Assembly (NCBI GenBank): GCA_031425695.1
Contig: JANPJV010000116.1
Coordinates: forward strand, 120-64,119
Length of the DNA: 64,000 bases
Reading direction: 5' to 3'
Origin: Rhodanobacteraceae bacterium
GTDB taxonomy: Bacteria > Pseudomonadota > Gammaproteobacteria > Xanthomonadales > SZUA-5
The translations under genes and the position numbers were made by a program. The notes under the pieces are model-generated. The model did no database searches. It was not told the DNA's origin and saw only the letters and a list, made by a program, of their open reading frames with translations. Positions 28,025 to 39,540 of this stretch are shown piece by piece (the first letter of the stretch is position 1; the number at the start of each line of letters is the position of its first letter).

Positions 28025-30472
28025 ATGCCCATGCGTTGCATCCTGAGAGCGCTACTGGCCAGCCTGGTGATCTGGTCGACCGGCAGCGGCGCCGAGGAGC
28101 GCTATCGGGAGCCACCTGCGGCGATTCGCGAGGTCCTGGATGCAACACCGGCGGCGAGCCACGCGTTCAGTGCTGACTCGAAATATCTGCTCAGCGTCCG
28201 CTACGAGTTGTACCCGCCAATCGCGGAGCTGGCGGCGCCCATGCATCGATTGGCCGGCGTGCGCGTGAACCCGCGCAACAACGCACCACACGCCATGCCG
28301 CGCTTTCCATGCACGCTCGCGCTACGGGCGTTGCCGAAAGGCGTCGAGAAGCAAATCAAGACGCGTCCCGGCTTGCGCTGCGCACGCCTCGACTGGAGCC
28401 CGGACGGGCGACATTTCGCGTTCCTGGGGATCGAGGAAACGGGCGTGCATCTGTGGATCGGCGATGCGCTTGACGCCAGCGTTCGCGAAGTACCAGACCT
28501 GCGCTTGAACCCGGTCCTGATGCATCCGCTGGCATGGATGCCGGACGGCCGCTCATTGCTGGTCGGGAGTGTCCCTGCCGAACGCGAGCCGGTGCCGGTC
28601 GCCGCGGCGCCGCTCGGTCCGGAGGTCCGCGACTCGACCCGTGTGACCAAGCCAAGCAGCACCTACGAAGAACGCGATCTTCTGGAAACACCGCACGATG
28701 CCGACCTGTTCGAGTATTACGGCAGCACGCAACTGCGCGTGCTGGATCTCGGCAGCCTGCAGTCGCAGCCCGTCGGTCCGGTGTCCGTGGTCGGCAACCT
28801 GCAGGTGTCGCCGGATGGTGCGTACCTGCTGGTGACGCGCATCAATCGACCGTATGCGTTCTCGCGATCCTGGAACCGTTTCCCGCGCAGCATCGAGATC
28901 TGGACGGCGGATGGCGTGCTGGTCGAGACGGTCGCGGACAAGCCGCTCGCCGACCAGGTCCCGATCCATGGGGTCGAGACTGGACCGCGCTCCGTGAATT
29001 TCATCCCGACACAAGCGCACACGCTGTGGTGGGTCGAGGCGCTCGACCAGGGTGACTGGGCAGTTAAGGTGGCCAAGCGCGACCGGGTAGTCCGCAAGCA
29101 GATCGGCCAGCCGGCGCAAAGCTGGTTCGAGCTCGACCAGCGTCTGTCCAATCTCGGTTTCATCGAGGGCGGCGACACCGCGCTGGTCACCGAATGGGAG
29201 CGCGATCGACGTTGGACGCGAAGCTTCCTCGTGGATACCGGCGCCCAGCCGCCGAAACCAAGATTGCTCTGGGACCGCAGCTTCAACGACAGCTATGCCG
29301 ATCCGGGTTATCCGCTGTATCGGCCCCTGCCCGGCAATCACTACGTCATTCGTCGCGACGGCAAACGCATCTGGCTGAGTGGCGACGGTGCCACCACGCT
29401 CGGCAAGCGGCCCTTTCTCGACGTGCTCGACTTGACGACGCTCGAGTCCACGCGCCTGTTCCGGGCGACGCCGACCATGCTGGAAAGCTTTCGCGCCTGG
29501 GACGATCCCGTGCGCGGCACCTTCTACAGCATGCGCGAATCGCCGCGTGACCCGCGCAACCTGATGCATGTCACGCTCGGCAAGACGGTCAGGAATGCAG
29601 CCGCCGGCGAGGCCACGCGCACGGCGGAACGCACGCAGATCACCCGCGAGCTCGACCCGGCGCCGCAGTTGCGCGGAATCAAGAAGCAACTGGTCAGCTT
29701 CAAGCGCAAGGACGGGGTGCAGCTCGCGATGACGGTCTACCTGCCGCCCGGCCACAAGGCCGGTACGCGGGTACCGACGCTGCTGTGGGCGTATCCGCTG
29801 GAGTACTCCGACGCGGCCACGGCCGGACAGGTGAATGCGGCGCCGAACGCATTCGTCGTTCCCTATGGCGCTGCCTTCGAGCTGCTGCCCCTGGCTGGCT
29901 ATGCGGTGATCGACGTGGCCATGCCGATCGTCGGACCGACCGAAACCGTGTACGAAAGCTTTGTCGAGCAGATCGTCGACAACGCCGCGGCGACGATCGA
30001 CGAAGCCGTAAGGATGGGCTTTGCGGATCGCGATCGCATCGGCGTCTTCGGCCACAGCCACGGCGCGTTGATGACCAGCAACCTGCTGATCTGGTCGGAT
30101 CTATTCCGCGCCGGCGTCGCCCGCAGCGGTGCCTACAACCACACGCTGCGACCGTTCGGCTTCCAGACGGAACACCGCACGCTGTACCAGGCCAGGGACA
30201 CCTACCTCAAGCTCTCGCCGACGCTCAATGCCGACAAGGTCGACGAACCGCTGCTGCTGATCCACGGCGCCATCGACGCCAACCCCGGCACCGTACCGCT
30301 GCAGAGCGAAAAGCTGTTCGAGGCCGTGCGCGGCGTCGGTGGCACCACGCGGCTGGTCATGCTCCCGTTCGAATCCCACGGCTACCAGGGGCGCGAATCG
30401 GTCGGGCATGTACTGGCCGAGACCATCGACTGGTTCGATCGCTACGTCAAGAACGCGGAATTGAATAAGTAG
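28025..30472 (+). CDS. S9-family serine peptidase, S9D (glutamyl-endopeptidase-like) by recollection
   Basis: Signal peptide. GVFGHSHGALMT (nucleophile Ser), ARSGAYNHTLRPFGFQTEHRTLY, LLLIHGAIDANPG (Asp) and FESHGY (His). The C-terminal catalytic region closely resembles my memory of plant/bacterial CGEP-type S9D enzymes. Confidence 0.88.
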   Translation: MPMRCILRALLASLVIWSTGSGAEERYREPPAAIREVLDATPAASHAFSADSKYLLSVRYELYPPIAELAAPMHRLAGVRVNPRNNAPHAMPRFPCTLALRALPKGVEKQIKTRPGLRCARLDWSPDGRHFAFLGIEETGVHLWIGDALDASVREVPDLRLNPVLMHPLAWMPDGRSLLVGSVPAEREPVPVAAAPLGPEVRDSTRVTKPSSTYEERDLLETPHDADLFEYYGSTQLRVLDLGSLQSQPVGPVSVVGNLQVSPDGAYLLVTRINRPYAFSRSWNRFPRSIEIWTADGVLVETVADKPLADQVPIHGVETGPRSVNFIPTQAHTLWWVEALDQGDWAVKVAKRDRVVRKQIGQPAQSWFELDQRLSNLGFIEGGDTALVTEWERDRRWTRSFLVDTGAQPPKPRLLWDRSFNDSYADPGYPLYRPLPGNHYVIRRDGKRIWLSGDGATTLGKRPFLDVLDLTTLESTRLFRATPTMLESFRAWDDPVRGTFYSMRESPRDPRNLMHVTLGKTVRNAAAGEATRTAERTQITRELDPAPQLRGIKKQLVSFKRKDGVQLAMTVYLPPGHKAGTRVPTLLWAYPLEYSDAATAGQVNAAPNAFVVPYGAAFELLPLAGYAVIDVAMPIVGPTETVYESFVEQIVDNAAATIDEAVRMGFADRDRIGVFGHSHGALMTSNLLIWSDLFRAGVARSGAYNHTLRPFGFQTEHRTLYQARDTYLKLSPTLNADKVDEPLLLIHGAIDANPGTVPLQSEKLFEAVRGVGGTTRLVMLPFESHGYQGRESVGHVLAETIDWFDRYVKNAELNK

Positions 30473-30545
30473 CCTGGGTAAGCGCAGCTGAGCCGGGAAC
30501 CGATCCGCAGGAATTTCCCCGGGTGCGCCTGCGGCTACCCAGGCA
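30469..30545. repeat. REP-like inverted-repeat element, family 1
   Basis: gtagcctgggtaagcgcagctgagccggg ... ccccgggtgcgcctgcggctacccaggc. The peptidase TAG stop lies inside the left arm. Confidence 0.65.
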
Positions 30546-30574
30546 ACCGAAGCGCCGCTCTACCGCCAGCCCGT

Positions 30575-31648
30575 TTACTCGAACCCTGCTGCAAACACCA
30601 ATTCCTGCACGGCTGCGAAACCGTTGAGGACGGCCTGGTTGTCGACCAGGGCGACTTCGTTGGACGCAGGCGGTGCAAAGGCCATGGCGCTGACGGAATA
30701 GGGGCTGCCCAAGGGGGCAAACGCGCCCAATGTGCGGGTAACCGACAGGACCACGCTCGAGCCAGGTGCCAGGGAAACGTTGCTGAGCGCAATGTTCCCG
30801 GAGCCACTCGTACTGCCACAACTGGCGCCCGCGGTCGGCGTGCAATTCCAGCTGCCAGCAGAAAAATTGACGACCAGGCCGCTGGTGTTTTTCGGATACC
30901 AGTCACGCACACGTACGCCGGCGATGCCGCTCGGGCCGGTATTGCTGACCACGATCGAATACGCGAGCGTCGAACCGGGCATCACGCTAGCGGGTCCCAT
31001 CAGCGACACACTCAGGTTTGCGCCAGCGCCTTTGTAGGGGACAGAAGCACCCGCACCGAGACCCCCGTTGTCACCCTGGAAGCAGCTGGCATTTGCGGCC
31101 GGCAACATCGCGCAGCACGCCAATTGCGTACTTGCGTCCACCCGGAACGAGGAAGACCCGCCGCCGTTGGTGACAAAATTGAAGCCGGAAATCCCGCCAT
31201 AAAGTACCGCGCCCACTTCGTTATTGGGGTCGGTGATTCGCAATCCGACCGGATTGACAGCAGCGCTCGGAACCGGCGCGAAATCGACACACAGCAAAGG
31301 TTGCGCGACCCGCAGGCTGATGACGCGTCGGCCCTGAGCGACGGTTCGATTGAAATAATCGACCGGCGTCATCAGCAATTGAATGCGCCCCGAATCGTTG
31401 ATCTCAAGACCGGTATTGCCGCCCAAAACCGATTTCTCGTTGTCAGGCGCTTCAAAGCCCGCACATTGGGTCAAGCCGCCGATGAGAGAACGCGCGGTGA
31501 CGTTGCCACTGGATGGGTTGATGCTGACAGCGGCAATTGACGTCGACGCTGAAAGCGGTATCGGCGCCACATTGTCGAGGGAAATGATCTGCGCGCTCGC
31601 TGGCAGCGCCGCACTGGCAGTAATCGCCAGCACCGAAAGCCTTGCCAT
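30575..31648 (-). CDS. secreted DUF11/CARDB-like repeat protein with GFE tail
   Basis: ATG at 31648 preceded by GGAGGG. Signal peptide MARLSVLAITASAALPASAQ. ..STLAYSIVVSNTGPSGIAGVRVRD.. then SWNCTPTAGASC. Ends ..ELVFAAGFE-stop. Confidence 0.8.
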   Translation of the reverse strand: MARLSVLAITASAALPASAQIISLDNVAPIPLSASTSIAAVSINPSSGNVTARSLIGGLTQCAGFEAPDNEKSVLGGNTGLEINDSGRIQLLMTPVDYFNRTVAQGRRVISLRVAQPLLCVDFAPVPSAAVNPVGLRITDPNNEVGAVLYGGISGFNFVTNGGGSSSFRVDASTQLACCAMLPAANASCFQGDNGGLGAGASVPYKGAGANLSVSLMGPASVMPGSTLAYSIVVSNTGPSGIAGVRVRDWYPKNTSGLVVNFSAGSWNCTPTAGASCGSTSGSGNIALSNVSLAPGSSVVLSVTRTLGAFAPLGSPYSVSAMAFAPPASNEVALVDNQAVLNGFAAVQELVFAAGFE

Positions 31649-31897
31649 AATTTTCACAAAACCACCCTCCGGGTGGTGCAAAGCTCGCAAATGCGACGCC
31701 AAGCCGACCCAATCCGCCCAGGATCTTACTAGCAAGGTATCGGCGGGACAACTCGACCATTCATTCCGGCGTTCAGACGCAACGGTCGCGGGCATTAATC
31801 AAAGCGGTTGACCGCGCCGCGTTCTGGTTCGCCCCGACCCATCAGTCATCGTCCCTGCCCTGTCCCATCGCGACCCGTGCGCGGTTATTGTGCTGGG

Positions 31898-34800
31898 ATG
31901 GAGTACCGCATCTGTACGCGCTGTGAGGGACTGGGGGGCGTCACCGCGAGCGCTTGCGGGCGCTGTGGTGGCGTACTGCGACTGGCCGACGAGACGGAGT
32001 ACGTCGGCCACCAGTTCGGCAGTTACCTGCTGACAGCTGTGATCGGCATCGGCGGAATGGGCGTCGTCTATCGCGCTCGGCATGTGCGCCTCGACAAGCC
32101 GGCGGCGGTCAAGCTGGTGCCGCCACAGGGGAGCGCCGGGGAGTTTGACTAGCGTTTCCTGCGCGAAGCGCAGCTGCTGGCGACGCTCAAGCATCCGGGC
32201 GTGGTCGAAATCTACGACTTCGACGTCACCGACAAGGAGGTGCCCTGGTACGTCATGGAGTTTCTCGAGGGCGCCAGCCTGGCCGAGTTGCGCGAGCGCC
32301 TGGGCACGCTGTCGCCAGCGCACATCGGCCGCATCCTGTCCGAGCTCGGCGAGGCGTTGATGCACGCGCACGAGCACGGCGTGGTCCACCGTGATCTCAA
32401 GCCGGCCAACGTGTTCCTGGCCCGCCAGTCGAGCCGCCGCAGCAAGGTGAAGCTGCTCGACTTCGGCATCGCCAAGCGGATCGACCTCTCTGCCTTGTCC
32501 GCCGCGCAGCTGACCAGTACGGGCGTGGTGATGGGCACGCCGATGTACCTCGCGCCGGAACAGGTCGATGCCGGCGCGGTCTCGGCGGCGACCGACCAGT
32601 ACGCGCTGGCGTTGATCGTCGCCGAGCTGCTGATTGGCGAACCGTGGCGGCTGGGCCTGTCGATCTCGCGCATCGCCAGCGAGGAGATCCTCTTCCCGCT
32701 CGACGTTGCACGCCTTCCGGAGGGAATCGGCGCGGCACTGTCGGCTGCATTGGTGCGCGCGACCCAGCCGCGTCCGGCCGATCGATTCCCCTCCATCGCC
32801 GATTTCGTCGCGGCGTGCGCGTTGCCGGTCGACGCCGAACTGACCGAGCTGCTCGAAGCATTCGAGGAACCGGCGACAACCGTGCGCATCACGGAAGGGC
32901 GCGCCGGCGCGGCGTCGGCTCGCGACTCGGCGCGCGCACGGCGGACGCCGGATGGCTCCAACCCGCAGCGTGAGCGTAGCGCCATCGCGGCCACCACGCC
33001 GGCGGAGAACCAGCTCGCGGCGACCACGACACCGTTGCCATACACGATTGATCCCCTGTCCGCGCCAGCAAGACGAGTGCGCCCGCGCATGCTCCTGTGG
33101 ACGCTGCTGACGGTATTGCTGGCGTTCGCCACCGCTGCCGCAATTCGTTGGCGGGCTGCACCGGCGGCGCCCCAGCAGCTTTCGGGAAGCGTGCAGAGCG
33201 AGGTTCCCGTGCCGGCAGACGCGCGCGAGATTCTCGACGTGCGCAACGGCATCGTGGTACTGGATGCCGGGAGTGCCCTGGTGTTGCGGCCGCTCGATCC
33301 CGCGGGCGAGAGCAGTCGCGTCGAGCTGCAGCCGGGCACCCGCATCGTCGGGGCGCTCGAATCCCACGAAATCGTCTTGCACCAGCCGCCGAACCTGGTG
33401 GCGCGCGCGCCCGAGGACGGTAGCCTGCGCGTACTCGCGCAACTGCCGGCCCTCGACGCATGGCCGGGTGCGACACGTGAACCGCGGCGCATGTGGATCG
33501 ACCATTCCGGTCAACTGCTGTGCGTGCGACAGGGACAGCTGCTCGAGTTGTTCGCGATCGGCGCGGGTGCGTTGCGGAGTGTCGCGCGCATACCGGTGGA
33601 GCCGAGTGTCGGTCTGCGTATAGCGCTGTCGGATCGCCACCTCGCGGTGTTCAGCAATGCCTCCCGTACGCTCGCCCTGTACGCCAGCGACGGCCCGCAG
33701 CGCTGGCAGCGCAGTCTGGACGAACCGCGCGTGCATGCGCTCGATCTCGACGAGGGCGCCGGCGTGGTCGCAGTGGTCGGCTGGTTCCCGAAACTCCGGC
33801 GGCTCGAGCTCACCGATGGCAATGAATTGCCTGCCGTCGACCTGCACGGCAATAACGAAAGCGTGCTGCAACTCGCTGACGGCCGCGTCGCCGTGGGTGG
33901 CGATTCCGGGGTGGTCCTGGTGGGCCGCGATGGCAAAGTCGACCCGCTCGCGAACGCGGGCAGCGGAATAGCCGGGCTGCACTGGGGCGGCGGCCACCTC
34001 GCAGTGCTCGACGTCGGCAAGCAGCGTCTGCGCACGGTCAATCTCGGTGGTCCGCGCATACTGACTTCGACTGCTTTCGGTGACTCGGAACTGTGGACGC
34101 TCGCCCGCGATACGCAGCAACGGCTGTATGTCGGCGGTCGCGATGGCAAGCTTTATCGACGCACCGATGCGGGGGTCGACAGCCATGCGCTGCACGCAGA
34201 TGGCATCACCGACCTGGTCCTCGACGACACGCATCTGGCGAGTGCGTCCGACGACCGGACCATTGCGGTCTGGCAGCTCAGTGACATGCGCACCGCCTAT
34301 CGCTCGCGCAGCCATGACTTCCTGGTCAACCAACTGTGGCTGCAGCGGCCGGCGGATCAGGCCGGGCCCGCAACGTCGCTGTGGTCGAGCTCGCACGACG
34401 GCAAGCTGAAGCGCTGGAGCTGGCCGGACCTCGGCGAACAGGAAGCCATCGACGTCAATGCGCTCACCGGAAAATCGCTGCAGCTGCATGCGCTGTGGAT
34501 GAATGCGAGCAGCGACCGAGCGCTGGTCGGCACCTGGAATCATCAGTTGCTGCTCCTGCAACGCGCGGCACCGGGAATCTGGATCGCGCGCGGGCTACCG
34601 GTCGCGAGCCAGGCCACCTACCGTCTGGTCGCACTGCCGCAAGCACGCGCCGTGTTCGTGGTGGGCCTCTATCCATCGCGGCTGTGGCTGTTCGATCTCG
34701 ACACGGGTGCGCTGCAGCCCTTGCCCGACCATGGCCAGGAATGGACCTACGCCGCCACCGGCCTCGAAGGCGGACAAGTCTGGACAGTCGGCATCGGCGC

Positions 34801-34993
34801 CATCGGCCACTTTAAAATCGAGCGCAGCGGCGAAGCGTTGCAGCACACAGGCAGTGTGACTCTTTGCAGCAGTTGCGGGAGCTTGAGCGTGCTGCTCGCC
34901 CAGCAAACTGCCGGCACATTGACCGTTGCCGACTCGAGCGGTCGCGTACACGAGCTCGATGTCGGCGTGCTCGACGGGGCGACGTCACCATAG
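31898..34993 (+). pseudogene. Ser/Thr protein kinase with N-terminal zinc ribbon and C-terminal WD40/beta-propeller, interrupted by one in-frame TAG (32150-32152)
   Basis: ORFs 31808..32152 and 32201..34993 are in the same frame. GIGGMGVVY / AAVKL lie before the stop. RFLREAQLL, HRDLKPANVF, DFGIAK and GTPMYLAPEQ lie after it. WD40-like ..SASDDRTIAVWQ.. and ..SSSHDGKLKRWSW.. Confidence 0.8.
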
Positions 34994-35022
34994 GTATCGA
35001 GAAGCACACCGGAGAACTGGTC

Positions 35023-35114
35023 GTAGGTCATGTTGACCGCGTGAGCGGTCTACTTGACGCGTTCGAATCTTGCGACAGGGTCTAGCAGGCCGCTGCGCGG
35101 TCAACATGACCTAC
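35023..35114. repeat. 19-bp perfect inverted repeat (GTAGGTCATGTTGACCGCG / CGCGGTCAACATGACCTAC) with a 54-nt spacer
   Basis: Read directly. A second short inverted pair, TACTTGACGC (35051) / GCGTCAAGTA (35136), and a direct GCGTGAGC (35039, 35120) interleave with it. Confidence 0.6.
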
Positions 35115-35451
35115 CAGAAGCGTGAGCTTGCAAGAGCGTCAAGTAAGTTGCACTTCACGACTTCCGCCGTGTGGATCGCAAACCGCGATAGCCAGAACGA
35201 CGCGTGCTCTGAAAGCGAAGGGTCATCACCTGTGGGCATGGGTGAGCGTCCGTAGCCGCGCCATGTTGGCGCCTCCAGCGCCGAAGAAATTTCTTGGCCC
35301 GATGATCTCCGGCGTGTCGAGCGGCCGTACGTTTAGATCAATGGCGCTGCTGCCAGCGAGCGCACAAACCGTTGTTGTACCCAACGTCCACCAGCGTCAG
35401 CCGACGCGCATCTGCTGCCGACCCCGGCGGCACCACTCGAGGAGTAGCACC

Positions 35452-35610
35452 ATGCACCCGAACGACAAGGCACCACAGGACCCGCCGATTCCGTCGATCA
35501 AGATCGAAGACCTGCCGGTCGAAAGCGGCAAGGACGCAGACGTCAAGGGCGGCCCCGCCTACATGAAACTCGGCGACATCAAGGCCGAAGTCGCTCCGAA
35601 CCGACCCTGA
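35452..35610 (+). CDS. putative double-glycine-leader peptide P3 (52 aa)
   Basis: GAGGAG 8 nt upstream of the ATG and a strong terminator hairpin immediately downstream. MHPNDKAPQDPPIPSIKIEDLPVESGKDADVKGG / PAYMKLGDIKAEVAPNRP has the same architecture as the two small ORFs at the C39-ABC locus. Confidence 0.5.
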   Translation: MHPNDKAPQDPPIPSIKIEDLPVESGKDADVKGGPAYMKLGDIKAEVAPNRP

Positions 35611-35618
35611 TTCCCGAC

Positions 35619-35651
35619 GGATTCCACCGATGGATCGGTGGAATCCTTTTT
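35619..35651. terminator. rho-independent terminator, bidirectional between P3 and katG
   Basis: ggattccaccga-tgga-tcggtggaatcc gives a perfect 12-bp stem, followed by ttttt. Confidence 0.75.
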
Positions 35652-35663
35652 GGGTGGCTCGTG

Positions 35664-38111
<2,448 letters not shown>

Positions 38112-38403
38112 TCACACAGAAGGTCATGCATCCGTTCTAACCGTCGTGCGCAAGATCTGTCCCATGGCTTGACTGGGCCAGGCGACATGGCCGACCAATC
38201 CAGCGACCGGAATCTATCCGTCCATTTCCACTCCGCCTGCCACGAGGTCCAATTCGCGCGGGGTCGTCTGATCTGTGGATCCTGGCTCCGGACGATTGGA
38301 ATGTTTTTGCGGACGCATCGATAAGAATCGAACACGGGATCTCAATCAGGCGCCGCGTATCTCTCAGCGACATTGCTCGGTCGTTTGAGCCCGCGACGCT
38401 TCC

Positions 38404-39504
38404 TTGTCCCCGGAGAAGTTCATGAAAACCTCAACGCAGCTCAGCGGCCTGGCCATCGGCTGCGCTCTCGCGCTTAGTCCGGCGCTGGCCGCGGTGGAGC
38501 CATCCATGCCTGCGGCCGCTGCTCCGCCAAAGGCCAACGCGCAGATGCAGGCGGTATTGGATGAGCACGCCAAGTTAGGTCCAAAAGCGATCGAAACGCT
38601 GGCGCCGTCCGAGGCCAGGAAGCAGCCCTCGCCGGCCGATGCGGTGATGGCGCTGCTCAAGTCCCAGGGCAAATCCACGGCGCCCGAGAAGCTCGCCAAG
38701 GTGGAGGACCGTTCGTTCGAGGGTCCCGGTGGAGCAGTGCCGATCCGCATCTATACGCCCGCGGGCAATGGCCCGATGCCGGTTGTGCTCTACATTCACG
38801 GCGGTGGCTGGGTCATCGCCGATCTCGATACGTACGACGCCAGCCCACGTGCAATCGCAAACGCCGCAAAGGCGGTGGTCGTGTCGACGCATTATCGGCA
38901 AGGGCCTGAACACAAGTTTCCGGCTGCCCACGAAGACACCCTCGCCGCCTACAAGTGGGTACTCGCAAACGCGCACCAGATCGGCGGCGACCCCATGCGC
39001 GTAGCCGTCGTTGGCGAAAGCGCGGGCGGCAACATGGCTGCCAACATTGCGATCGCTGCGCGTGACCAGAACTTGCAGGCACCCTTGCATCAGGTGTTGG
39101 TTTATCCGGTCGCCAACAATGACTTGGATTCGGCTTCCTACCAGCAGAACGCGAACGCCAAACCACTCAACAAGGCCATGATCGAGTGGTTCGTGAAGCA
39201 CTACCTCGGCGGCGCAGCGGGAGCTGCCGATCCGCGCATCGCATTGGTCAAGCAGCCGAACCTCGCGGGCTTGGCACCGGCGACGATCATCCTTGCGGAA
39301 ATCGATCCATTGCGTTCGGACGGCGAGGCCTACGCCGCGGCGCTGGGCAAAGCTGGCGTGCCGGTCATGCTGAAACACTACGAGGGCGTCACGCACGAGT
39401 TCTTCGGCATGGGCGCCGTCGTCGATGCAGCAAAGCAGGCGCAACAGCTGGCCGGATCGCAGTTGCGCGAGGCGTTTGCGCAGGAGGCTGAAGCAGAACG
39501 TTAG
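38404..39504 (+). CDS. secreted alpha/beta hydrolase, family IV (HSL-like) esterase/lipase
   Basis: Signal peptide, HGGGW oxyanion motif, GESAGG nucleophile elbow. Confidence 0.85.
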   Translation: MSPEKFMKTSTQLSGLAIGCALALSPALAAVEPSMPAAAAPPKANAQMQAVLDEHAKLGPKAIETLAPSEARKQPSPADAVMALLKSQGKSTAPEKLAKVEDRSFEGPGGAVPIRIYTPAGNGPMPVVLYIHGGGWVIADLDTYDASPRAIANAAKAVVVSTHYRQGPEHKFPAAHEDTLAAYKWVLANAHQIGGDPMRVAVVGESAGGNMAANIAIAARDQNLQAPLHQVLVYPVANNDLDSASYQQNANAKPLNKAMIEWFVKHYLGGAAGAADPRIALVKQPNLAGLAPATIILAEIDPLRSDGEAYAAALGKAGVPVMLKHYEGVTHEFFGMGAVVDAAKQAQQLAGSQLREAFAQEAEAER

Positions 39505-39540
39505 GCAAACCCTCGGGGCGCCCTCTGCCCCGAGTGCTTT

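Noticed and set aside
28553-30061. 502-aa minus-strand ORF, with similar cases at 35883-37640 (+), 41111-42658 (+) and 6156-8099 (+)
   Set aside because: All lie opposite genes with unambiguous catalytic motifs (S9 peptidase, KatG, ABC transporter, Calx-beta protein).
31799-34561. 920-aa ORF on the minus strand
   Set aside because: It is antisense to the well-supported kinase-WD40 gene. Its Arg/Ala/Gly-rich composition is typical of shadow ORFs in GC-rich DNA, and it has no motifs.
35055-35080. GTTCGAATC sequence resembling a tRNA T-loop
   Set aside because: The flanking bases do not form a T-stem, and no acceptor or anticodon arms can be drawn.
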